From Octopus vulgaris (Eukaryota): a stretch of DNA of 64,000 nucleotides. The notes below the pieces were generated by a model, which ran no database searches, had not been told where the DNA came from, and saw nothing but the letters and a program-made list of their open reading frames with translations. Shown in pieces: positions 25,601 to 37,212 of this stretch. The stretch's first letter is position 1. Every line of letters starts with the position of its first letter. Where the stretch lies: positions 20,212,001-20,276,000 of the forward strand of contig OX597838.1 in the NCBI GenBank assembly GCA_951406725.2. Direction: 5' to 3'. The position numbers and the translations under genes were made by a program.

Positions 25601-28600
25601 TTTGTTTACATCCCTGTAACTTAGCAGTTTGGCAAAAGAGACCAATAGAACAAGTACCAGGCTTACAAAAAAAAAAGAAAAAGTTCTTCAAGCTGGTGCC
25701 CCAGCATGACCACAGACTAACAACTGAAACATAAAAGACGAATGATAGTTACAATATAAAATTTATCTATTTATTTATGCGCCCTTTTCAAGCCTAGCCA
25801 GGCTCATGGGCCTGGTTTGCTGGTTTCTGTGGCGTATGTGTTCCCCCCAGCTGGACGGGATGCCAGTCCATCGCAGCGTTACTCAAGAAACAGGAAGAAA
25901 GAGTGAAAGAAAGTTGGGGTGAAAAAGTACAACAGGGGTCACCACCCGACTCCTGCCAGAGCCTCGTGGAGCTATAGGTGTTTTCGCTCAATAAACACAC
26001 ACAACACCCGGTCTGGGAATCGAAACCGCAATCCTCGACCTTAACCACTGGGCCATTGCGCCTCCACACAATATAAAATATCAGACCATAATGACTTACC
26101 TTGCTCAGGTCAGTGGGTACCATTTGTAAAAGCTCAGCCTGTTTCCCTAGACGTAACATACTGTAGTAGACAGTGTAACGCAGGTAGGATGCTTCGTCCA
26201 GTCCACTAAACACATTGGTCAGTCTGAAGAGAGATAAACACCAAGAAATTAACCCCTAAACAGGAACAAACAGATTAGTTATAATGTAATATATGGGTGC
26301 AGGCTTGGCTTTAATTTCCCCTTTTGCAAGGATAATAAAATTAAAACCAGGCTGGGTACTGGGGTTGATGAAACTGGTTAAATACTTTTGGAAGTGGTGT
26401 TCTAACATGACCACAGTCCAATGACAGAAATCAGTAACACAAACATACACACATATATACGTATATACAATGAGCTTCTTTCAGTTTGCATCTACCAAAT
26501 CCACTCACAAGGCTTTGGTCGGCCTGAGGCTATAGTGGTTGGTAAGCAAGCTACTTACCACACAGCCACGTGAATTAATTTTTAAAAAAAATTTTGAATA
26601 TTTCATTATAATTTTTATATTGCCCACATTTTTTTGCTTGCTTTATTTAGTTAACATTATTTACATTATATTCTACTAAAATTTATGTACTATGGACTAA
26701 TAAATTCATACTGTATTGAATATATATATATATAATAGAAGATATGGAGTGTTTTGATCTCATGATGTTGAAGCCCATGAAGATGATGGGCCACAACAAA
26801 AGAGTGATGTTGTGCTCTGAGAAGACCTGTTCTACCAATGCCAGCAAGGAAAAATGGATGTAGGATGATGATGGTACATACAAGAGAGGGAAATCTCAAA
26901 TGTTGCATACAGCCATTTGTACGTGACATAACAGAAAGCACCCACTCTCTGCTGTAAAGTGGTTGCCAATAGGAAGGGAATTCTGTGGTAAAACCATGAC
27001 ATACACAGGTAGAATGATTGGCAAATTTCTCTATTGCTGAGTGTATGAGATGACAACGGAGTGTGATAGGACAGTGAGGATCCTGTGGTTAGGGTGTTCA
27101 CTTCAGAATCACAGTTCTGGGTTTTATCCAGCTACATAGTACTACCTAAGGTAAAGGTTATTGCATAAAATTGTATTTAGATTCTATCTTAAATACAAAC
27201 CCTTTAACGCTTTTGATACCGTATTTCTTAAAAGCATCCAGTCCACACTATAAAGTGTTTGGCATTTGGAAGGGCATCCTATGTAAAAAACCATGCCAAA
27301 ACTGACCTTGCATGTGCTGGTGCCTCGAAAAAAGCACCCAGCCCGCTCTGCAGAGTGGCTGGTGTTAGGAAGGGGATCCAGCTGTAAAAACCATGCCAAA
27401 ACAGACGCAGAAATATGGTGCTAACGTCCAACCCATGCCAGCACGGAAGGAAGATGTTAATTGATGATGATGATGATGGTTTCTGTTGAGTTACCCTGCT
27501 TTTACTTCAGTTAATTTCAAAAATAATGAAGAATTTAGTAAAATAACTTTGTCATTATTAAGCTAGTGTTTGGAACATAAATACTGAATGTTTTTAATGG
27601 AAGATTTTAATTCAGGTCTCTTGGAAATAAGATGTTTGTCACACAGATCCAGGAGTGGTCTCAGGTGGGTTGGTATCAAAGGGGTTAAAAAGATAAGTTT
27701 TGTAATAGAGAAATAGAAGTTGTCTCAAGTGGGTTCATAACTAGGGGATAAAGAAGATGTAGTGAAATAGAACTTACAGTCTTAAACGCAAGTGACCCCT
27801 TTTGTCTCCAGGAGGAGCTTTAGAGATGATATCACAAAACAAAGAAACAATCTCTTCGGCTTCTGTTTCAGGAACCAACATGATGAGAGATATTACACTA
27901 TTGAAAAACATTTCAACATCTGGAATTGAAAATGAAAAAAAAATTTAAAGTTAATAATTAAAATTATTAAATGAAATGTAATTTCAATATCCTTAGATTA
28001 CAGAAACGAAATTTGCAATTAAATCATATATTTCATAACAAGAGAGAGAGAGAGAGAACAGAGAGAAAAGAACAGTGATTTTTCTATTCTTGGTCCATCT
28101 TAAGTCTTTACCTTTTCTTATCATCATTTAATGTCTGTTTTCCATGGTGACAGGGATTGGATGGCTTGATAGAAGTTGGCCAGCTGGAGAGCTACCCAGA
28201 CTCTAGTCATCTGCTTTGGCATGGTTTCTATGACTGGATGCCATTCCTAACGCCAACCACTTTACAGAGTGTGCTGGGTGCTTTCTATGTGTCACTGGCA
28301 TGAGTACTTTTTACATGGCACCGCAATGAATGCTTTTTATGCGGCACTGGCACTAATGCTTTACATGTAGCATTGCCATGAACTGTAAACGACTTGCCTG
28401 TAGGCATGGATGGCCACAATTTTACTAATCTTGACTATGTCCTTTCTTTTTTTATTTTACCATCTCTCAGCTTCTTATGAAACAAGCCATCTATGTGGCC
28501 CAGTAAGACCAGCAGATGGAAAAACCTGACATAAAGCATTGCTTATAACATCACATACATACGATATGAAAATTAAAATAAAAAGTAGCAGAAATTCATA

Positions 28601-30686
28601 AAAGATATAGTAAATGAAATAATTACCCGAGTCTGATGGTTCTTTAAAACAGACTGGAGATGCCTTTACAATTTCTTTTAAGTCTTGTCTCAGATCTGCA
28701 GCATTTTCTTCCTTTATATCAGCTCCAAGAGATTTCAGGTAAACACGAAGTTCAACAGTCTAAACAAAAACAATACCATTGTTAGAGAATCATATTTCAA
28801 GGTTATTATTATTATTATTATTATCATCATCATCATCATTTAACGTCCGTTTTCCGCGCTAGCACGGTTCGACCGGGGTCTAGGAAGCCAGGGCTGCACC
28901 AGGCTCCAGTCTGATCTGGCAGTGTTTCTACAGCTGGATGCCTTTCCTAACGCCAACCACTCCGCGAGTGTAGTGGGTGCTTTTTACGTGCCACCTGCAC
29001 AGAAAAAAATACTGCGCCCGTTGCTTAAATATTTTACTTTTAGTTTGAAATCAGTTTAGTAAAACACAATTGGAATATTTAAATTGGAAAACAAATCCAT
29101 TTTAACCCTTTAGTATTCAGGATTACTCAGTCAAATTTGATGTTCATTTATTGACACTGCTTTGAATTTATCATACATTATCTTGTAGTTTTGAGATTTC
29201 AATGATGTGATTACACTTTTACTTGTTTCAGTCATTTTGACTGAGGCCATTCAGGAGCATCGCCTTTAGTCGAGCAAAATCGACCCCAGGACTTATTCTT
29301 TGTAAGCCTAGTACTTATTCTATCGGTCTCTTTTGCCGAACCGCTAAGTTACGGGGACGTAAACACACCAGTATCGGTTGTCAAGCGATGTTAGGGACAC
29401 ACACACATATACATGTATGAAAGACCGAAACCTCTGGAGATATGCTGTGACTGCGAAGACCCGACAAATAACGTGAGTTCATGGCTGTTTCCTGCACCAG
29501 CTTCACATAGCAGCCCCAAACCACACTAAGTACCTTGGATCGCAGGACGGCAACAGGAAGAGCAACCAACCATGAAATAGTCCCCAAAACCCGTCCAGCT
29601 CGGTTCTGGTACCACGTAAAAATCACTGGTGATGATGCTTCGTTAAAAGCACCCAGTACTAACAAAAAAGTGTCAGTTCTTTCCAGACGACTGAGATTGA
29701 TGCGGTTCACGTTTAGTTTGAGGGGACCTTGGGATAAGTACAGTGTGTCCCAACATGATGTATGAGGTGATTAAAAGGGCTTGGCGACAGGAAGACTAAC
29801 CAACCATGAAACAGTCTCGGAAAACCCGTCCAACTAATGCCAGCATAGAAAAGTGGACATAAAACGGGAATGACGATATACTGTGATCCTAACAGGATGG
29901 AGAAAACAGAATATTGTTAGACACTAGTTGATAGATGATAATCGAAAGGGATTCAGTAAGACATTACGGCCATACCACGTTGAAAGCACCGGTTCTCGTC
30001 TGATCACCGAAGTTAAGCAAGGTCGAGCCTAGTCAGTACTTAGATGGGTGACCGCTTGGGAAACCTAGGTGCAGTAAGCATAGCACATTGAATGGCGGTG
30101 CCCCAGCATGGCCACAGCTCGTGAGCTGAAACTAGAATCAATCATTTAAACAACACTTAGGTTAACACAATCGAATTGCCCCACGATCAAAAAAAGCGAT
30201 CCAATCTTATTTTGAGACATAGTAATTGCTAGTACAATATTCAACGCGTTGCTGTTTTAAAGTAGTAAGGTGTGATTCGAGCGATTTTACTGTTATTTCT
30301 AGCAGGTTGAGCGACTACTAAGAGGCTTCCCTGCACAGCCCTCTTGGGCCTAATTTTACAGCGAGATTTAATACACTGGGATATAATTCTACAAACATAT
30401 TATGCAGTCCTGGATATACCATATGATAATAGACGTGTTAGATCGGTACTTTAAGAACAATTATATCATTATTATTATTATTTAATAACTCTAGTGTGTC
30501 CTCGTGTTATCACCAGCCGGTGTTCATTATGGCAATTTAACGTCATCAAATCGATTTGATGTTAGTTTAAAAGAAACGAAAACAACGAACGAAAGTTAGA
30601 TTCCGTTGAAACGATATTGTGTGTTAAAAGAAATTGGTATTTACCTGTTCGGGAACAGTTAAATCTATAAAGACTGGAATACTCAT
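17739..30686 (-). CDS. EIF3M: Eukaryotic translation initiation factor 3 subunit M (PCI domain), complete 10-exon CDS: 30686-30645, 28759-28627, 27919-27778, 26223-26100, 23776-23682, 22138-22055, 20197-20098, 19239-19158, 18623-18480, 17929-17739 (1137 nt, 378 aa)
   Basis: Spliced by hand. All introns are GT-AG and phases are consistent. Translation [33 protein letters not shown].../[90 protein letters not shown] matches recalled eIF3m motifs. Confidence 0.97.
18480..18623 (-). CDS. EIF3M: eIF3m exon 9
   Basis: tgcag|GT TTG TCA CAT GAA ([16 protein letters not shown])...G|gtgag, 144 nt. Confidence 0.96.
19158..19239 (-). CDS. EIF3M: eIF3m exon 8
   Basis: cacag|TTG CTA ACC ATT ([13 protein letters not shown])...G|gtaagt, 82 nt. 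Confidence 0.96.
20098..20197 (-). CDS. EIF3M: eIF3m exon 7
   Basis: ttcag|A TGT ATT...([19 protein letters not shown])|gtaagc, 100 nt. Confidence 0.96.
20925..21295. repeat. ~25-bp minisatellite (GTGCTTTTTACATGGCACCATCA..) expanded inside an RTE-tail repeat
   Basis: Recurring TGCTTTT..TGGCA unit. Confidence 0.8.
21627..21843 (+). mobile_element. Second tRNA-derived SINE family (Meta-domain-like) with 16-bp TSD; others at about 3425-3558(-), 5475-5922(+), 10685-10870(+), 20435-20750(+), 23975-24390(-), 41807-42220(-), 43385-43790(+), 48603-48832(+), 51724-51954(+)
   Basis: GGCGGCGAGCTGGCAGAA head, GAGTTCAAATTC B box, GCCTTTCATCCTTTCGGGGTCGATAAATTAAGTACCAG body; TSD AGAAACAGCAGCTAAA/AGAAACACCAGCTAAA. 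Confidence 0.85.
22055..22138 (-). CDS. EIF3M: eIF3m exon 6
   Basis: tacag|T GAC...([19 protein letters not shown]) AG|gtaaat, 84 nt. Confidence 0.96.
23682..23776 (-). CDS. EIF3M: eIF3m exon 5
   Basis: ttcag|GTG AAA TCT TGG ([10 protein letters not shown])...AG|gtgagt, 95 nt. Confidence 0.95.
26100..26223 (-). CDS. EIF3M: eIF3m exon 4
   Basis: ttcag|A CTG ACC AAT...([10 protein letters not shown])...AAG|gtaagt, 124 nt. Confidence 0.95.
27778..27919 (-). CDS. EIF3M: eIF3m exon 3
   Basis: ccag|AT GTT GAA ATG ([12 protein letters not shown])...AGA CT|gtaagt, 142 nt. Confidence 0.95.
28627..28759 (-). CDS. EIF3M: eIF3m exon 2
   Basis: tttag|ACT GTT GAA CTT CGT...TCG G|gtaatt, 133 nt. Confidence 0.95.
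29962..30080 (+). rRNA. 5S rRNA: Full-length 5S rRNA-derived sequence, probably a non-functional or retroposed copy
   Basis: TTACGGCCATACCACGTTGAAAGCACCGGTTCTCGTC..GATCACCGAAGTTAAGC..GTCAGTACTT.GATGGGTGACCGC..GTAAGC; several substitutions, no oligo-T terminator, solitary in eIF3m intron 1. Confidence 0.88.
29962..30144 (+). mobile_element. Candidate 5S-derived SINE (SINE3-type): 5S head plus a 3' tail shared with the local tRNA-SINE family
   Basis: 5S is followed 13 nt later by GGCGGTGCCCCAGCATGGCCACAGCTCGTGAGCTGAAACTAG and an (AATC)n end. Confidence 0.7.
30645..30686 (-). CDS. EIF3M: eIF3m coding exon 1 ([14 protein letters not shown])
   Basis: caccATG start context, 42 nt, donor CAG|gtaaat. 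Confidence 0.93.
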
Positions 30687-30709
30687 GGTGAAGCTGTGGA
30701 CGACACAAC

Positions 30710-30770
30710 GGGAAAGAGTCGCTTACAGCCTCGACAAACGGGAGACTATCTCCCCTTCCCTTCACTTCCG
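30710..30770 (-). promoter_or_regulatory. eIF3m core promoter: TCT/5'TOP-like initiator CTCTTTCCC (30718-30710) and ETS site CGGAAGTG (30770-30763)
   Basis: Motifs read directly about 30 and 80 nt upstream of the ATG in a locally CpG-containing island; no TATA box seen. Confidence 0.65.
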
Positions 30771-31294
30771 CTCTGTCATTCAATTATGTCCCTTAGATGT
30801 CTGAAAAGAAACCGAAAAAAATTTACTCAAAGGTAAAATAAAATAAAATAAAAATATAGATAAATAAATATAAATGAATAAAAATAAAAATAAGGAATAA
30901 GTGGAAATTTTACCAGTGTGTGTGGTAAATCATAAGGCACAAAAAGAAAATGACTCGGATCTTTTCACTTTCGTAGCCTGATTTGTCAAATTTTTCCTAC
31001 TTAACCAAACAATTTGAAACTTCGTATACTGGTAGAATGTGTCAAAAGAAAACTTAATTGTAAACCAGAATGAAAACGGAATTGTAATTTCTAAGTTTAA
31101 CATTGTTTAATAATTAGAATTTTAACCAATGACTCTCCCCTGACACAACAGAATATGCTTCAACACAAGAACTCATATAAAGAATCTTGCAAACCAAATC
31201 CAAAAACGAAATATAAAAGAAAATAGTTATTTTGAAGATAAAATAAAAGAAAAAGATAGAATCTATAAGACTAAGGCATACCTATAGTAATGTG

Positions 31295-31840
31295 GACAGA
31301 ATTCTAATTTAAGTACCTCATCTAACTACTCATAACTTTTTGGAATTTTCAGGAAACTTTTGCGAATTCCTGATTAAAACACGAGAATATACGATTATAT
31401 AAAAATAAAATAAAATAAAATATAATACTTTAATGCTCCCTTCCATAAATCCTAAAATTTCCTCTCTTTTTCGATTAAAAAAAAATTAGTTTAAAACACG
31501 GACCGTCCGAACTTTATGCTTAAAGACCAGCAATGGATCGCCCTTGGGTGCACCATCATTCCATTAGATGTGTTTATAGAGAGAAAAATATTGAAAAAAC
31601 AATACATGTCAGGGACAAAGAAATAAATAAGATATCAGGTGGTCGTGAGATGTGCTAAAAATAACAGCTACATCACTCTTAAATCTCTCTCTCTCACACA
31701 CTATTTTTTTTTTGTTGCATAATCGCATGAATTCTCGCGTGTATTACACAAGTTCGCAAAACTTTTCTGAAAATTCCATAAAATAAACAAAAAAGTTATG
31801 AGGGGTTTATTATATGGGGCGCTTAAACCAGAATTCCGTC
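31295..31840. repeat. Diverged inverted repeat with ~110-130-bp arms (old MITE) upstream of eIF3m
   Basis: 31295-31405 aligns to the reverse complement of 31710-31840. Confidence 0.7.
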
Positions 31841-32550
31841 GAATTGTGTCCCCACGGACTTTGTTTCCCTAAAACTTTCCGAAAAGTTGATATTTTTTTA
31901 ATGAAATTTTCAACAAATACCATTCAGAAATTGTAGGTTACAATTACATCGGAATATAACTCTCTCTTTACTCTTTTACTTGTTTCAGTCATTTGACTGC
32001 GGGCATGCTGGAGCACCGCCTTTAGTCGTGCAAATCGACTCCAGGACTTATTCTTTGTAAACCTAATACTTATTTTATCGGGATTCTTTTGCCGAACGGC
32101 TAAGTTACGGGGACGTAAACACACCAGCATCGGTTGTCAAGCGATGTTGGTGGTACAAACACAGACACACATATACACATACATATACATAAATATATAC
32201 GACGGGCTTCTTTCAGTTTCTGTCTACCAAATCCAATCACAAGGCTTTGGTCGGCCCGAGGTTAAAGTAGAAGACACTTGCCCAAGATGTCACGCAGTGG
32301 GACTGAACTCGGAACTATGTGGTTGGTAAGCAAGCTACTTTCCACACAGCCACTCCTGCGCCTAAAGGGTGAGTCACTGACTGGGAGTGAACCTAGAATC
32401 TTGGGGTTAGTAGCCGGTGCTCTTAAGCACTACACTATATAACGCGGGAATAAAAAGGATAATAAAACAAAACAAAAAATGGGTGGTCACGCTCGCATAT
32501 ATACTGACATGCTTCACATAGGTTGCTGTTTACCTATGATGGCTCTGCAC

Positions 32551-33252
32551 CTGGGGTTCTCAGCCATTATCTATGGACTCCTTTGATTATTATTTTATTC
32601 TGGTGGACTCCCATAGCCATTCGATGTTTAAAAATTATAATAATAATATAATAATGAAATTATTGTATACAGTGCTCAAGTGCACCACAACTTGTCAAAA
32701 GTGCGTATAAAGCATATGCAGTAAAGTAGAAATGTCTGGAAAGCGAACAATGTATGAGTCAGATAGATGCTTGCGTGTGTATGGAGGGGAGAAAATCAGG
32801 TGTAGTGTTGGCGAATCTCAGAAAGCATGGATGTTTTGAAGGATGCAGTGCTCCGACAACTAACAACTGATGCCGGCAGTTTGTTCCATGCTTCAGCAAC
32901 TCTTAGCGTGAAAAAATGTTTCCTGAAGTCATGGGAGCTGTGCTGTTTTCTGACTTTGTAAATATGTCCACGGGTGTTAGACAGGTGGAGTTTGAAAAGG
33001 TGCTCAGAGTTAGTTTTATTGAAACTTCTTTCAAAATTCCTATTTTGTATTTTTTACACATTCACTTTTGTAGATTGACCTACGTGAAACGTTGGAGAAA
33101 GAAACCTAGTTACTTTCTTGCAATACATAACCAATACATACATCTAAAACGAAATTTTTTCAAGGGGGCCTTAAAATACTGTTGTGGATCCCCGATTTAT
33201 TGTTTTATGTGGACTCTCAGGGGCCATATGGGGGCCTGGTTGAAAACTGCTG
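32551..33252. mobile_element. hAT-type MITE interrupted by the CR1 fragment; second copy 60365-60705
   Basis: TIR like CAGTGTTTCTCAAC/GTTGAGAAC; 8-bp TSD CTCTGCAC/CTCTACAC. Confidence 0.7.
32638..33010 (-). mobile_element. CR1-clade LINE 3' end; shorter copies at 3935-4130(+) and 35340-35556(-)
   Basis: Minus-strand translation SNTRGHIYKVRKQHSSHDFRKHFFTLRVAEAWNKLPASVV is the typical CR1 ORF2 C-terminus; (ATT)n-like tail. Confidence 0.8.
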
Positions 33253-33461
33253 CTCTACACGGTCGTTTGATCTGCGAGAAGTAACATCAAACATCCCTCA
33301 AATCAACTTTTTTTCTTTTTTAATGTTGTTCTATGGAAATTGTTGGAGGCGAAGAGGTTTCACTGCTTTTGGTCATAATTTTACTGGATCTTGAACCAAT
33401 TTGTCACCACCACCACTACCACCACCACCACCACCACCACCACCACCACCACCACCACTAC

Positions 33462-33496
<35 letters not shown>

Positions 33497-36400
33497 GTTT
33501 TACGTGTCCTAGAGAACCCTCTGTGAACAGCTACTTTTATAATATGAAAAAAAAAAACAACCCAAAAAACAAAAACACCCTTTTGTTTTGAGACGAAGGG
33601 ACAGTTCCGAAACGCCAAATTCCTCTTCTCCCCACGGCACGTGAACTCATCCAAACTTAAGGATCAACACAAATCACTGTACCGACTAGACTGTCGGATG
33701 TTGCTACATACCGCTGGTCACAATGCGCTTCCTCGCATTGTTGTAGCTTCTGAGTGATGCCACCCTGAGGCTAGACGGGTAGGGTTGCCCATTTAAAACT
33801 GTGTCGATCGTAGTAACGTGAAATGAAGCCTTTTGCTCAAAAACACAACGGACTGCCTGTCTAGGAATCGAACCCACGATCTCGCGATACAACACCCAAA
33901 TTACTTGAATTCCTGCCTTCACAATCAGTATACATATTCGGATAATCACTCAAGTATTTGGCTCCTACTTTATTTTATCGACATCAGAAGGCTGATGAAA
34001 ACGAAAGCTGACCGCGGTCAGCAATTTTGACGAGAACGCAAAAGGCTGCCCTTAATTAGTGCAGGTATTTTGTCCGACATTCCATCCATTCTTCCAATCC
34101 TCTACCTCGATTTAAATTTTTAAATAATTTTCATTCGCTTAAGAACCTACAAATGATGGGTCCAGGTTAAATCCCACTGTGTGGCACCTTGGACAAATGT
34201 CTTCTATTATGGCCTCACGCCAACCAAAGCCTTGCGAGTGGATTTAGTAAACGGAAACTGAAAGAAGCACGTTGTGTATGTGTGTGTGTGTGTATATATA
34301 TATAAAATGTATGTATGTATGTATGTATGTATGTATGTATGTATGTATATATGTATGTGTGTGTGTGTGTGTATGAATATTTGTGTGTGCATGTGTATAT
34401 TTGTGTGTGTGTGGATGGGTGGGCGTTTATGTCCCAATACCTCTTGACAACTCGGTGTTGGTGTGTTTACATCCCTGTAACTAAGCGGTGCGGCAAAAAT
34501 ACACTAGAAAAGTATTAGGCTAAGAAAAAAAAAACGTCGTGGGGGTTGATTTGTTCGACTGAAAGCCTTTAAGTTGGTGCCTCAGCATGGCCACAGTCAA
34601 AGTGACTGAAACAAGTCAAAAAGAAGAAATGGTAACAGAGAATAAAAAAAAAAACCTTAGTTTTCAATTCTGAACGCAAAAAAAAAAAAGACGATCACAG
34701 AATGATATATTTAAGTCTATATTATCAGTAATTATTAAATTTATATATTTTCAAATTTAAAAAAAAATTCTTTTTTAATACATGAAGAGAAGTCCCCATT
34801 GAATTCAATCAAAATATTTGGCGTGTAACTGGAGCTTCCAGGGTACACATCTAACCCAATTGACTCTGAATCTCGTTACGTTTTGGTGTGAAGGGAAGTA
34901 ACTCTTAAATGTGACAAATTTTCAGTGATTCACTTTTCCTGGATGCTCCAGTTTTTAATTGTGAGGAAATTACTCGAGTTTGTTTCCTCATAATTACCCC
35001 CCCCCAAAAAAAACAAAATGCATATTTTTCAAATGAATTTTCCTATAATTATATTTTAGATGGTGTAGATTCTCATGATATCGGAATTTGTTGTGAGGGG
35101 GCTTCCTCTTGGAGGTTAGAAATGGTGTGAGGGTCTTCCTCTTGGGGTTAAAAATGGTTGTAACGTCGGTTCGTACGGAACAGCTATGTCGAAGTGGCGA
35201 CAAACATTACTTCTCAGTTATTACTTTAATCACTAACAGAGATTTTCTAACTAGCTACTTTGCTTGTTTGGAAAAAAAACCTTTTCGGAAAGGGAAAGAG
35301 GAGTTTCAGATAATTCACAGGAGTCGATTTTGTTTCCTCATAATATATAATATATAATATAATGAAATTATTGTATACAGTGCTCAGGTGCACCACAACT
35401 TGTCAGAAAGTGCGTATAAAGTATATGCAGTAATGTACAAATGTCTGGAAAGCGAACAATGTATGAGTCAGATACATGCTTTGAGTGTATGGAGGGGAGA
35501 AAATCAGGTGTAGTGTTATCGAATCTCAGAAAGCATGGAAGTTTTGAAGGATGCAGTAAAAACTGTTATGTTAAGATGAAATTTTTTCACAAATAGCTTT
35601 CAGATGGTGTAGTTTACAATTATTTCAAAATTCGTTGTGAAAAATAAAGAGAAGAAAAAAATTGGCGGGCAAGCACGCAAACATGCTGACAAATGCCTGA
35701 CTGTGAAAATGTTTGAAAATCGGTGGAAGAATGTAGCACGGATGTTGCGAGTGAATGTAACCTCATGAATGCGACGCGGGACCTATCTCAGGTATCAGTG
35801 GCGAGGCGGGACTCGTGGGGTTCGAACTGAACCCGCCTTCCCACTCCATCCGTAATGTCTTCTGGTCTGACCTATCATTCAATTTATTTATATTTTTGTA
35901 AATTTTTAATGTTATCTTTATGTTATATCCATCCGTCCATCTGACCCCAATCAGATTGTATTGTCCCTTATCTATGTTGTCTCCTTGTGGGGGAAAAAAA
36001 AAGATAAATCACGCATCACAAATTTCCTTTATCTTCTACTTGTTTCAGTCATTAGACTGCAGCCATTCTGGGGGCATCGCCTTTAAGAATTTTTAGTCGA
36101 ATTTTTAAAAGTCTTGTATCTATTGTATCGGCTGCTTTTGGCGAACTGCTAAGTAAACACCAAAACCTGCAGTGGACACCCCACCCCACACAAACACGAC
36201 GGGCTTCTTTCAGTTTCTGTCTACCAAAACTACTCACATAGCCTGCTTTTGTCGGACCGAGACTATAGTAGAAGACGCTTACCCAAAGTGTCACGTGGTG
36301 CGACTGACCCGGAACAATGTGACTAGGAAGAAAGCTTCTTAACCACAGTCACGCATTTGTATACTTTTGTATGTCTACAAAATGAAATTTGTAATTTAAA

Positions 36401-36704
36401 AAAGAAACTGATAATGTAACAGTAAGCAAGTGTGCACGGCTAACAATTTTTCTCCCACGTTAAATTCCTATGTAATTGTTATACCATTTGAAAGGTGTTT
36501 GTAGAAAATTTCATTAAAAAAAAAAAGATATCCGTTTCTTTGAAAGTTGTGTGGGAACTAAGTCGATCGAAGCTGTTGTGTAAGGTATGTCGCTTTATGA
36601 ACATACAGGCTTTCAGAAAATTATTCATTTAGTAAAGTTATTTTATAGGCCAAAACAGGATTCAAATTCTACGGCTCCTTGAAAAATGTGTCTTCTATTG
36701 TCGA

Positions 36705-37212
<508 letters not shown>

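Noticed and set aside
32368-32440. tRNA-like sequence on the minus strand, and other SINE heads
   Set aside because: A/B boxes present but no complete cloverleaf; treated as tRNA-derived SINE heads, not tRNA genes
33990-34015. CTGATGAAAACGAAAG hammerhead-like string
   Set aside because: No stem II or stem I; it is a decayed antisense Meta-like SINE segment
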